Positions 1 to 9,553 of a stretch of 64,000 nucleotides of DNA are shown here, one piece after another (positions within the stretch are counted from its first letter, which is position 1; every line of letters starts with the position of its first letter). Source of the DNA: Candidatus Kapaibacterium sp. Lineage in GTDB: Bacteria; Bacteroidota; Ignavibacteria; Kapaibacteriales; UBA2268. The notes beneath the pieces are model-generated. The model was given only the letters and a program-made list of their open reading frames with translations. It was not told the origin of the DNA and made no database searches. The position numbers and the translations under genes were made by a program. The DNA lies in NCBI GenBank assembly GCA_963665665.1, contig OY762428.1:4800001-4864000 (forward strand). The letters are read 5' to 3'.

Positions 1-1566
1 TTTTATCATGGCAATAACTTCATCGGCGCTTCCAATACTGCCACGTATAGTATCATCTTTTCTAAGCCAGGTGCTTGAATCTGTTGAAACACCCCTGAAC
101 CTCGAGCCTGCAGTCGGAAATACAAGTGATCCCTGTTTTTCCAAAGCATCATAACGATGCCTTCCTGCTCCTCCGGATGCATCAGAACCACCTGCAACCG
201 AAACATTTACAATTTGAATATATGATTTTGAAAATAGTCCTACATATCCGCCTGAACCATTTCCCCCATCTCCGTCGTCACTGTTTTGCCGGTCACCACC
301 AATAGCATTTGCAGCGAAACTTCTTATTTCTGAGGCGAAGATCAGCATTGCGCCACCGCCGCCGCCGCCATCACCGGAGCAGCCGCCGGTTGGAGCCTGC
401 GGATTACCACTGGCGCCTCCTGAACCTCCTGCAACCGGTACAACCGGACTGTTTCCATGAATTTTTCCCGGTGTATTTGAAGGGCCGTTACCCACCGAAG
501 CATAACCACCCGAACCGCCGTCACCGTCATTTGTATAACCTGATCCTCCGCCATATCCGCCAACCTTATCATCGGTTGTTCCCGAGAAAGAACCTTCACC
601 TGATAATCCAAATGGATGGCCGGTACCGCCGCCAGAAGCTTCATAATTGCCTGGTACTTTACCTCCCGGAACACCGTTCAGGCTGTTCCCGCCAATTTTT
701 CTGTCACTGTTATCTTTACCGCTTCCGTCACCTGCAGTTTTGTATGAATCATTAAGCCATGGAATACCACTGCTGTTAAAACCTCCCGGGCCGCCGCCTG
801 TATATCCGTCTCCGCCGTCTCCGCCATTGCCGGATACATCACAAAAATGGCCGCCACCGCCACCGCCGCCGGGACCTGCATGTTTACGGTCAGCATCAAC
901 GTTTATTTCCGAACCTGTACGTCCTCGGATAGGCCCTTTGGAAAGAAGGATGAAGGGAAGATAGCCCTGGTTGCCATCCGCTGATGGATCACAGTCAGTA
1001 AGAGATGCTGTGTATGATACCCCTCCAAGGTATAAAGAATCAACGATCATAGCCCCTCGGGGGCTCCGGATACCCAGGTTGCCTTCGCCGAAAATACTTC
1101 CCTGCCCGTCGATATCACCAAGCTGAAAAGGTTCAACTACATAAAATGCTACTTCATTACTAAGGTTATTATTTACAGATACCCGAAATCTGATTATTGA
1201 TTGTTCTGTCAGTTCATCCCATTTATCCGAATCAGGAATAAATTGTGGATTTACAAATACCTGTGTGGATATCATACGCCCCTCCCATCCTACTATCAGA
1301 GGGCCGAAAGTAACAATACTTGTGTCGGCAGGATCTGAAAGTACAATTTTTACGTTTTCATCATTTATACCATAATAAATGGTATCTTTAGTCCCGAAAT
1401 TATTAAATGAGTCATGCGGAGCGATTATCTCAATATGGGTATTCATGCCCGGCGACCCGATATCGGGTAATATGTAAGAAATTGTTTGAGCTAATATATT
1501 CGAGTTAAATGCAAGGAGTAATACAATACCCGCACATATAATATTAAAAATTTTTAAGATAATCAT
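1..1566 (-). CDS. Secreted glycine-rich protein, 3' end runs off the window (absent from the ORF track)
   Basis: Manual translation from ATG at 1566 gives MIILKIFNIICAGIVLLLAFNSNILAQTISYILPDIGSPGMN... (signal peptide), later GPGGGGGGG, GGYGGGSG, GGSGGASG and GDGGGGGGAMLIFA. The frame is open for 522 codons to base 1. Confidence 0.85.
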   Translation of the reverse strand, partial: MIILKIFNIICAGIVLLLAFNSNILAQTISYILPDIGSPGMNTHIEIIAPHDSFNNFGTKDTIYYGINDENVKIVLSDPADTSIVTFGPLIVGWEGRMISTQVFVNPQFIPDSDKWDELTEQSIIRFRVSVNNNLSNEVAFYVVEPFQLGDIDGQGSIFGEGNLGIRSPRGAMIVDSLYLGGVSYTASLTDCDPSADGNQGYLPFILLSKGPIRGRTGSEINVDADRKHAGPGGGGGGGHFCDVSGNGGDGGDGYTGGGPGGFNSSGIPWLNDSYKTAGDGSGKDNSDRKIGGNSLNGVPGGKVPGNYEASGGGTGHPFGLSGEGSFSGTTDDKVGGYGGGSGYTNDGDGGSGGYASVGNGPSNTPGKIHGNSPVVPVAGGSGGASGNPQAPTGGCSGDGGGGGGAMLIFASEIRSFAANAIGGDRQNSDDGDGGNGSGGYVGLFSKSYIQIVNVSVAGGSDASGGAGRHRYDALEKQGSLVFPTAGSRFRGVSTDSSTWLRKDDTIRGSIGSADEVIAMIK

Positions 1567-1672
1567 AGTAAACCCGGATTTTTTATAATCTCCCTAATGT
1601 CTAAATATACGTATAAACACGTATATCTTGTACGTATTTTCTTGTATTTTTTATAAAATGTGGATAAATAAT

Positions 1673-1699
1673 TCAATTTTCTCCTAATTATACCGATAA
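1673..1699 (+). promoter_or_regulatory. Putative sigma28 (FliA) promoter
   Basis: TCAA-N15-ACCGATAA versus consensus TAAA-N15-GCCGATAA, 160 bp upstream of the 1860 ORF. Confidence 0.45.
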
Positions 1700-1859
1700 T
1701 TAATGTTGTAAACAAGATAACTGTATTCATTGTGTTGTTAATATTATAACACTCAAAAAAATACAGGTATTTAAAAAAATTAATCTAAATCTTTATCGTC
1801 ACAATATTTAGTGGCTTAATATTTGATAAAGCAGTAGGAAGTTTTAAACTTGAAAAATA

Positions 1860-3032
1860 ATGGTTGACGGAACTGACATAAGAAGCGAAGGAATAAGCTC
1901 ACTCGGGGAACCGGTTCTCGGGGGAATAGGCTATGTTCCCGTAAGAAAGAAAGCAAAATCTTCTATTCAATTGAAGAAGGGGGAGATCATTGCCGGAACC
2001 ATTATGGATAATAATGGCCAGAATCAGGTTGTTGTTCGTCTTCCAATGGGTACTTACAATGCTTTTCTCAGGGGACGTTTGAAAAAAGGAGACTACCTGT
2101 TTCTTAAAGTAATTGAAAATACGCCGTCTTTGATGTTAAAGATACATTCTGTTTATACTCATAAGAACCGAAAGCCAATACCCGATGATGAAATATTGAG
2201 AATTCTTGACCTGCCAGACAGTAAATTTTATAAAGAATTGCTCAGAGTGATCAGAAAATTTGAAAGCAGGATTGTCAGGGATAGTATTCTTCTAATCGTT
2301 AAGGATTATCTTGGGCTTATTGAACAAAAAGTAAGGGTTGAAAAGCATCCGGAAGCAACCAAAGCAATATATTTTATGAGAAAACACGGAATGAAGTTGA
2401 GTCCTGAGAATTTCGAAGATGTTAGGATGCTTTTTGTCAATCCGAATGTTTTTCTTAATTCCGTATTAAATATTGAAAAGTTTACATTAAGGGGCAATAA
2501 AAATTTTCCGGTGCTGAAGAATATCCTTAAATCTATTCATTCTAATATTTATAACGTTAAAAGTATGATGTACCTGTTTTCTTCTTCGGGAGTTGAAGAA
2601 GGTAAACTAACTACTTTTTACGAGATAATAAGAAAACATGTGATTGGGAATTCGGTATTTGCTTTAATAATTAATGATGCAAGAATAATAAAGTCTTCAT
2701 TCGATGCACTGTATAAATGGAATGAGTTTGCTTTGAACAACGATGCGCCCTTCTTTGCATATTTGCCTTTTCCTGTAAAAGGCAGGCTTGAAATTGCCCG
2801 GATCCTTATGCTGAGGCCGGATAACAAAATGAATAAAAATATCAGAATGAGCCTGAAAGTACCTGGTTTCACCGAGAAGGAAAACGAATATCTCGAACTG
2901 ATAAATTCCGAATTCAGGAAAAAAGGATTTATTCTTGAGAATATTTGCCTGAGCAATGGTTCTGAAAGCAGCTTCGACCCCGGTGCAAATTCCTCTGGTG
3001 CCAGGCTTCAAAGCATATCAGTGGTTGTCTAA
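1860..3032 (+). CDS. Hypothetical protein, possibly flagellum-associated (FliK-like architecture)
   Basis: 390-aa ORF. The N-terminal beta-rich segment (LKKGEIIAGTI...LKKGDYLFLKVIENTPSLMLKI) and C-terminal PFP...ISVVV loosely resemble proteins annotated as FliK-like. Function is inference. Confidence 0.6.
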   Translation: MVDGTDIRSEGISSLGEPVLGGIGYVPVRKKAKSSIQLKKGEIIAGTIMDNNGQNQVVVRLPMGTYNAFLRGRLKKGDYLFLKVIENTPSLMLKIHSVYTHKNRKPIPDDEILRILDLPDSKFYKELLRVIRKFESRIVRDSILLIVKDYLGLIEQKVRVEKHPEATKAIYFMRKHGMKLSPENFEDVRMLFVNPNVFLNSVLNIEKFTLRGNKNFPVLKNILKSIHSNIYNVKSMMYLFSSSGVEEGKLTTFYEIIRKHVIGNSVFALIINDARIIKSSFDALYKWNEFALNNDAPFFAYLPFPVKGRLEIARILMLRPDNKMNKNIRMSLKVPGFTEKENEYLELINSEFRKKGFILENICLSNGSESSFDPGANSSGARLQSISVVV

Positions 3033-3062
3033 TCCCATGAAAATTTTTCAAAATTACTGATA

Positions 3063-3200
3063 TCAAAGGTCATCTTCTTCATTATGCTTTTCTTCCAAAG
3101 CAGATATTTTTCTGTCAATAAAAAAAAGATAGATTGAAATTCCTAGCCAGATCACTAATGAAATTGATAGCACCGTACTGTTCGATTGAAATATATCCAT
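3063..3200 (-). CDS. ccmD: Heme exporter protein D (CcmD family), 45 aa, too short for the ORF track
   Basis: MDIFQSNSTVLSISLVIWLGISIYLFFIDRKISALEEKHNEEDDL: a single TM followed by the YL..IDRKIS.LE motif, directly downstream of ccmC. Confidence 0.8.
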   Translation of the reverse strand: MDIFQSNSTVLSISLVIWLGISIYLFFIDRKISALEEKHNEEDDL

Positions 3201-3211
3201 AATAAAAATTC

Positions 3212-4252
3212 CTAAATGTTATTACCTGATTTTTTGAACTTTAATATCATGTACCTGCTGGCGATATTATGCATGTAAAAGAAAAGAGCGGTAAAAGCCC
3301 CAAGGCCAAGTGCAAATGCCCATGACATTGTGGGGCTAAGCATGCTGCCGCCCGAACTGATTACAGGCCCAGTACTCCCTTCTGATCCCGAACCCGGATG
3401 AAGCCCGGAAGCTATCCTGGGAAGGATGAAAACAAAAAAAGGAACGGTTAGAAAGGCGAAGGTGGAATAAACCGAACTTAGCCTTGCTTTTGTTTCAGGA
3501 TTATCAATTGCTGACCTGAGGGCGAAATATGCAGCATAAATCAGCATCAATATAAAAATTGAAGTTTCACGGGGGTCCCAGTTCCAGTAAGAACCCCAGT
3601 TCTGCTTTGCCCAAAGCATACCGGTAACTGTTGCCAGTATTGTGAATAACAGGCCGAGAGAAGCAGATGCAGAAGCTTTCAGATCATCGTTAATGTCTCT
3701 TTTTCTCAAATATTTTATCGAAAATATCATTGATACCAGGTATGCCATTACGGCAACCCAGGCCTGAGGTACATGAAGATTTAATATTCTTATCCTTTGC
3801 ATAAGTTCGGGAATGAAAGGATATGTGAATAATGGGTTTACGCTTTCGGTTTTTTCCCAGATAAAAGCATTTCTGGTTTTATCATATCTTGCAAGAATTA
3901 TCAGTTCTGTGCTTCCTGCCAGGTCAAGAATATTTTTTTCATTCATTGTGATTATCGGTATTTCTCGTTTTCCTGTCAGTTTCTCAAAGAAGAAATCATC
4001 TTCAACATCTTTTTCAAATTTTGTTGTTGCATCAACTTTTATAAGGAAGCTTTCAGTAAAACCACGCCTTACAGCCTGCTCGGAAAACTCCGGGCCGGAT
4101 GCGATTGGGGGGAGAAGAGTCAGTGCAAGCGATGCTGCCACTGCAATAATTATAATTAACTTATGGATGGTGGAATAAGGTTTGCCGGAACCGCCGATAA
4201 AACCTGATAAGATTGCCAGGCCAAGCCCCGTAGTAAATAGTAAAAATTTCAT
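3212..4252 (-). CDS. ccmC: Cytochrome c biogenesis heme-handling protein (CcmC/CcsA family)
   Basis: WWD motif WAKQNWGSYWNWDPRET, conserved HVP and LHP histidines, followed by ccmD. Confidence 0.88.
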   Translation of the reverse strand: MKFLLFTTGLGLAILSGFIGGSGKPYSTIHKLIIIIAVAASLALTLLPPIASGPEFSEQAVRRGFTESFLIKVDATTKFEKDVEDDFFFEKLTGKREIPIITMNEKNILDLAGSTELIILARYDKTRNAFIWEKTESVNPLFTYPFIPELMQRIRILNLHVPQAWVAVMAYLVSMIFSIKYLRKRDINDDLKASASASLGLLFTILATVTGMLWAKQNWGSYWNWDPRETSIFILMLIYAAYFALRSAIDNPETKARLSSVYSTFAFLTVPFFVFILPRIASGLHPGSGSEGSTGPVISSGGSMLSPTMSWAFALGLGAFTALFFYMHNIASRYMILKFKKSGNNI

Positions 4253-4359
4253 AATTCAACAGAATGTGTGAATAATTATTTTTGTCAGAACACGACAAAG
4301 ATAAAATAAAATTTTATTTGGAAAAAAATGATTTTAAGAAAAAAGGGTAGTACCGGGAA

Positions 4360-4800
4360 TTAATTCAGATGTTTTGTAAGAAAAAGAATGTTTTTATCAT
4401 TCTTGTTTTTTGCAGCCTCGTAAGTAATCTGATCCATTACTTTCCTCATAATATGAATCCCGAGGCCGCCCCTTCGGAATTTTTTAAAATATTCTTTCAT
4501 GTCCGGCTGGTCAACGTCAAGAGGATTGAAGGGACTACCGTTATCCTGAATTTTTACAGTAAATTTATCCTGAATTGTTTCGATTTCAATACAAATCTTT
4601 TTATCAGGATCAAAACTGTATGCATGTCTTATCAGGTTAGAACAGGCTTCATCAACCGCAAGTGCAATTTTCTGGGCTTCCTGATCAGGAAACCCGAAAG
4701 ATAGCGCTTTTTCAAGAATGAAGTCCCTAATCTTCTTTAGTTCTTCAAAGTCGCAAATTGCGCACATATAATCGTCATATATCATCGTCCCGTTATGCAT
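4360..4800 (-). CDS. rsbW: Anti-sigma factor Ser/Thr kinase (RsbW/SpoIIAB-like)
   Basis: LAVDEACSNLIRHAY, IQDNG and RGGLGIHIMRKVMD (HATPase_c_2 motifs). Confidence 0.85.
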   Translation of the reverse strand: MHNGTMIYDDYMCAICDFEELKKIRDFILEKALSFGFPDQEAQKIALAVDEACSNLIRHAYSFDPDKKICIEIETIQDKFTVKIQDNGSPFNPLDVDQPDMKEYFKKFRRGGLGIHIMRKVMDQITYEAAKNKNDKNILFLTKHLN

Positions 4801-5170
4801 CTTTTTTCAACTCGTCCTTTTTAAACTTTTCTGTTGCGGATTTTTCATCATCAAAAATATCAAAAAGCATAGGAAAACCAAGAAGGTCGAAAACTGAGAA
4901 TACTTTGGGCTTGAGCTCTGCAATTTTTATATCGCCGCCTTCGTCGCGAATATCTTCTATAAAGGCCATGAATACACCAAGCCCGGCGCTGCTGATATAG
5001 TCAAGGTCTTTAAGGTTGATAACAATTTTATAATTTTTTGTTTCAATCTGCCCGCTTATTGCTTCTTCCAGTTCCGGTGCCGTATGGGCATCGAGATAAC
5101 CACTAAGATAAAAGAAAACAACTTCTTCTTTGGTTTCCTGCAATATTTTAAAATTATTTGTTTCTGACAC
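4793..5170 (-). CDS. rsbV: Anti-anti-sigma factor (STAS, RsbV/SpoIIAA-like)
   Basis: GYLDAHTAP...LDYISSAGLGVF phosphoserine motif. Confidence 0.88.
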   Translation of the reverse strand: MSETNNFKILQETKEEVVFFYLSGYLDAHTAPELEEAISGQIETKNYKIVINLKDLDYISSAGLGVFMAFIEDIRDEGGDIKIAELKPKVFSVFDLLGFPMLFDIFDDEKSATEKFKKDELKKDA

Positions 5171-5312
5171 AGTTATAGCTCCAACTCATTTTTATTAATT
5201 TCATGTCCTAATATTAAGACGACTACAAAGTAATATTCATTCAAAGTTAACAAAATCTTTTCAATATTTATAATTTTTCAATATTAATAACATATCAAAC
5301 AAAATGCCAAAA

Positions 5313-7439
5313 TTAATTAAAACAAACCGCGATTGCAGTAATATCATCACTTTGCCGGTAACCTCCGGCATAATTATCTATCAGTTTCTTTACGTCCCGA
5401 AGCGCGTCAGTTGCATTATTATAAACGCCCTTATTGAATAATTCCAATACAGGATCAATTCCGAGCTGTTCCCGCCTGCTGTTCTCCAGCTCATCCAGTC
5501 CGTCCGTGAACATCATGCATACATCGTTACTTTCAATCGGAATTATCTCTTCTTCAATAAGGGAATTAAATTTTTCTGAATCCGCCAGGCCAATACCCAG
5601 GCCCTGTGGCCTGTAAAGCTTCGAACTCCCGTTTCTTTTAATTATCAAAGGAGTGTGTCCGGCCCTGGCATAAGTAATAATTCCGGTTTCAATATCAACA
5701 GACAAAGCAGCCATGGTTATGAACATCTGTCTTTCCATGGATTTATATAAAGTGGAATTTATCTTTTTGAGTAATTCTGCGGGGCTTTCTGCATCTCTTG
5801 CTACCGAGAGAACCACTCCTTTAAGTTGTGCCATGTAAAATGCAGCATTCATTCCTTTGCCTGAAACGTCTCCGATCAAGATACAGGGTCTTCCGTCTTT
5901 AAGCAGCCCAAGGTCGTAAAAATCACCGCCAACTTCTTCAGCGGGCATGGAAAAGGCATCTATTGTATATTTTTTAAAATTTGGAAGTTCCTGCGGAAGC
6001 AGCTTTTGCTGCATGTTTTTGGCAAGAAGCAATTCCTGCTTGAAATGTTCTTTTTCGATAGAATCTTTCAGTAACCGTGCATTTTCGAGGGCAAGGCTTA
6101 CATTATCGCTGAAAGCTGCAATAACGTTTACATCGTCAGGTTCAAAGCCAAATTCCTCGGAATTTACAACGAAAAGAGTTCCTATCCTGTTATTGCCAGC
6201 AAATAGCGGTACTACTATCATCGACCCGGTTAATTTGAGTGGCTTTAGTATTTTGCTTAGTTCTTCATCTTCAGGAATTGATTCAATTATCAAGGGTTCT
6301 TTAATTTCACTGAATCGTTGGCTGATAAGCGGATTCCTTAATAGATCACCTGCATTAGTGTCATCCAGATAGCTTGAGAAAATAATCGTATTCGATGTAT
6401 TTGCTTCGTATAACTCTGTCCACGAAGCCGTACCCTGCACAGCTCCCTGTGCCAGCTGAGTTACAGTTCCAATCAGGTTGTTGAAATCAACAGTTTGTGA
6501 CACCAGTTTATTAAGATAAGTAAGTGAGCTTAATTCCGAAAGCCTTTTTTCCATGATGTTCGATGTTGGCAGTGATGCTATTGTAGCGAAGAACAGGCGT
6601 AGAAAATAAATTGATGCAAAAATAAGTGTTATTCCGCTCAGCTCGGGTAATCCGGGCATGAAGATATTCACTGACCTGCCCAGGGTGTAATCCTCGACAA
6701 TGAAAAGGGAGGAAAAGAACATTATGCCCATTCCGAGGACTGTTAATCCAAGCAATTTTAGTTTTTTACCACCCGGAAGCAGTAATATCCAGTTGTTCTT
6801 TTTTGAAAGAAGAAATACAAATGTGATCAGGATCAGGATCAAAAGAGTTATGAAAATATTAATTGCCTTGCTGTCCTTAGTGCCAACGGCAAAATCAAGG
6901 TACATAAATAATGATATCAGCAAAGTTCCGGAAACAAGTATTTTCAGGTACAGCTTTGTTCTGCTGTGACGCCTGATTGTCATCCATTTATACAGGAATC
7001 TGCCAGTTATAATGCTGGCATGGATAACATAGAAAGTGGCAATGTCTGCAATGATAATCCCCCACAGGCTAATAAATTGCTCTGAAACAAAAGGCCGTGA
7101 GGGTACAAAAATCTGAAGTAATATTATGCCCGGAACGATTAACAATACTTTCTTAAGGTCGCGGAAGAAATTTTCAGAATTTCTGTCGTTCAGTATTTGG
7201 TGTTCATCATGGGGACGTGAAAATTCAAAGAGAAAAACTGTTATGAAAAAAGCCAGGAAACTAACTGTTTTCCATCCAAAAACGTAGAATGACTGATAAT
7301 CACTGAAATAAAAAAGTGCGATGTCGCCAATAAGCCTGGTTATGGTAAAAATAAGTGCTGAAATTATTAGCAGTTTTCTGTTTATGTTTGTTTTAATCGG
7401 CACTTTCCATCTACCTTTATTATATAGCTCTGTATTCAT
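5313..7439 (-). CDS. Membrane-anchored GAF + PP2C (SpoIIE/RsbU-like) phosphatase
   Basis: About 8 N-terminal TM segments, a GAF region, and VGGDFYD, IGDVSGKG, ARAGH, FTDGL and DDIT motifs. Confidence 0.88.
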   Translation of the reverse strand: MNTELYNKGRWKVPIKTNINRKLLIISALIFTITRLIGDIALFYFSDYQSFYVFGWKTVSFLAFFITVFLFEFSRPHDEHQILNDRNSENFFRDLKKVLLIVPGIILLQIFVPSRPFVSEQFISLWGIIIADIATFYVIHASIITGRFLYKWMTIRRHSRTKLYLKILVSGTLLISLFMYLDFAVGTKDSKAINIFITLLILILITFVFLLSKKNNWILLLPGGKKLKLLGLTVLGMGIMFFSSLFIVEDYTLGRSVNIFMPGLPELSGITLIFASIYFLRLFFATIASLPTSNIMEKRLSELSSLTYLNKLVSQTVDFNNLIGTVTQLAQGAVQGTASWTELYEANTSNTIIFSSYLDDTNAGDLLRNPLISQRFSEIKEPLIIESIPEDEELSKILKPLKLTGSMIVVPLFAGNNRIGTLFVVNSEEFGFEPDDVNVIAAFSDNVSLALENARLLKDSIEKEHFKQELLLAKNMQQKLLPQELPNFKKYTIDAFSMPAEEVGGDFYDLGLLKDGRPCILIGDVSGKGMNAAFYMAQLKGVVLSVARDAESPAELLKKINSTLYKSMERQMFITMAALSVDIETGIITYARAGHTPLIIKRNGSSKLYRPQGLGIGLADSEKFNSLIEEEIIPIESNDVCMMFTDGLDELENSRREQLGIDPVLELFNKGVYNNATDALRDVKKLIDNYAGGYRQSDDITAIAVCFN

Positions 7440-7633
7440 CTTTCCTTTATTGTATTTACGATGTGATTAATTAAAAGTTTCTACATTCTTAAATTGCAGT
7501 AATCAATTTACAAATTTGCATAAACTATGCTTTATTATCAAGAAAAATTAAAAAACTGATTTCATAATTGCACTATTGAATATAATCAATTAGATTTGCT
7601 AAAAATAATAGTAACGATTTCAGCGGAAAGATC

Positions 7634-9154
7634 ATGAAATATATACTGACACCAGACGAGATGCGACTTGCCGACTCAACGGCAATCAATGAGTATTCTA
7701 TACCGGGAATAGTTTTAATGGAGAATGCTGCAAGGTCCGCATCGGATTACATATTTGAGATTTTTGAAAATGAAGGATTAAACGATCCCGAAATACTGAT
7801 ACTTTGCGGAAGCGGAAATAATGGCGGTGATGGGTTTGCTTTGGCACGTCACCTTCATGAAGACTATGATGTTAGCATTGCCTGGATTGGCAGTGAAGAA
7901 AAAATGAGTGATGAAACTAAAGCCAATTTTCAATCTGCAAAGAAATTGAATATTCCTGTCGAAAAATTTGAAAGTTCTGATGATGTTGAAGGATATTTCG
8001 ATTCTTTTGATTGTATCATTGATTCGATGATTGGAGTTGGAGGATCTGAAAACCTTAGAGGCCTGGTTGTGGATATTCTGGCGGAAATTAAAGAAACCGA
8101 TGCCTTAAAAATTGCAATTGATGCCCCGACAGGGCTTAATACCGAAACGGGAATGGCCTACCCCGACTGTTTCTTTGCTGATCACACTATAACTATGTTT
8201 GCAATAAAAACCGGTATGTTACTCAATGATGGTATTGATGTATGCGGAATGATCCATATTGCTTACCTCGGAGCACCCGATGGTATTTCTGCCGGGATTG
8301 CGAAATCCAAAGCAATTGAAAGAAGCGACCTGAAATTTTTACTTCCCAGGCGGGAAATTGTAAGTTCAAAATTCGATTATGGTAAAGTGATGATAATTGC
8401 CGGCTCAAGAAGATTTCCCGGAGCTGCTGCATTAACGGCTAATGCTGCTGTCAGGTCGGGAGCCGGGCTTGTTTACCTTTTTACCACGTCAATACATCAT
8501 TCATTGGCTCCTGAAGTTATTCCAACAGAGGTTGATTCAACACCTGACGGAGGTATCAGCTTCACGGCTTATGATACGATAATGGAAACTGCCATGAAGT
8601 CTGATGTGGTTGCAATTGGCCCCGGTATTGGCCGGGAAGAGGAGACTCTTGATATGGTCAGGAAAATTGTATTTAATCTTCCGGATCACATCTCAATTAT
8701 ACTTGATGCTGACGCGATAGGTGCTATAAATCCCGAAGATCAGTTGAGAAATAATATAATTATTACTCCTCATTGTGGAGAATTTGCTGCCCTGACAGGT
8801 GAAAAAAGATCTTTTGTTGAGCAAAATCACGCCTGGCTTGCAAAAGAGTGGGCCGCGAAATTGAATTGTACCGCATTGCTGAAACATGTTCCCTCTGTTA
8901 TCAGCAATGGCAGGAGCTCTTATTGGAACCTTAACGGGAATCCCGGTATGGCAACCGGGGGAAGCGGCGATGTACTGACTGGTGTTATTGCCGGGCTTCT
9001 GGCTCAGGAAACCGAACCACTCAAGGCTGCTGCTTTCGGTGCTTTTATTCATGCTGATGCCGGAGACCGTTTTGCTGAGGAATATTCGATGGAATCTCTT
9101 ACGGCAAGTGATATAATAGATTATTTAAAAGTTACATTTCTTCAAGCTGAGTAA
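7634..9154 (+). CDS. nnr: Bifunctional NAD(P)HX epimerase/dehydratase (YjeF)
   Basis: LMENA, GSGNNGGDG, DAPTG, GPGIG, DADA, TPHxGE and GGSGDVLTG motifs. Confidence 0.93.
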   Translation: MKYILTPDEMRLADSTAINEYSIPGIVLMENAARSASDYIFEIFENEGLNDPEILILCGSGNNGGDGFALARHLHEDYDVSIAWIGSEEKMSDETKANFQSAKKLNIPVEKFESSDDVEGYFDSFDCIIDSMIGVGGSENLRGLVVDILAEIKETDALKIAIDAPTGLNTETGMAYPDCFFADHTITMFAIKTGMLLNDGIDVCGMIHIAYLGAPDGISAGIAKSKAIERSDLKFLLPRREIVSSKFDYGKVMIIAGSRRFPGAAALTANAAVRSGAGLVYLFTTSIHHSLAPEVIPTEVDSTPDGGISFTAYDTIMETAMKSDVVAIGPGIGREEETLDMVRKIVFNLPDHISIILDADAIGAINPEDQLRNNIIITPHCGEFAALTGEKRSFVEQNHAWLAKEWAAKLNCTALLKHVPSVISNGRSSYWNLNGNPGMATGGSGDVLTGVIAGLLAQETEPLKAAAFGAFIHADAGDRFAEEYSMESLTASDIIDYLKVTFLQAE

Positions 9155-9157
9155 CTT

Positions 9158-9553
9158 TTGTTTATTAAGTTTTTTAATAACAGATATATTAAATATGTGC
9201 CTGCCCTGATAGTATCGGCAGGTATTTTTACTATTTCTCATCAGGAAAGGCCGATTTTCCAGGTTAACAGTTTCGAATTTCACGACAAAATTTTGCATTT
9301 GATAGCTTATTATGTTTTCGGCCTGACACTTCTGATTGCTACCCTGAATGTTGAAGTTAGGAAAAGACTGATTTTAGTAACCTTGATTGGCATTTTTTTC
9401 GGTATCAGTGATGAATTTCACCAGTATTTTATTCCGGGAAGGGATGCTGATATCTGGGATATAGCAGCAGATTCTATAGGAGTTATTATATCATTACCTT
9501 TTTGGAAATTGATTGACAGATGTATTTTTAAGTTTAAGAAACTGAATGTGTGA
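9158..9553 (+). CDS. VanZ-like family membrane protein
   Basis: DKILHLIAY...DEFHQYFIPGR..D.WD..ADSIG. Confidence 0.85.
   Translation: MFIKFFNNRYIKYVPALIVSAGIFTISHQERPIFQVNSFEFHDKILHLIAYYVFGLTLLIATLNVEVRKRLILVTLIGIFFGISDEFHQYFIPGRDADIWDIAADSIGVIISLPFWKLIDRCIFKFKKLNV

Noticed and set aside
6-964. Five short Arg/Pro-rich or alternative-frame ORFs in the track
   Set aside because: They are shadows of the Gly-rich minus-strand gene at 1-1566
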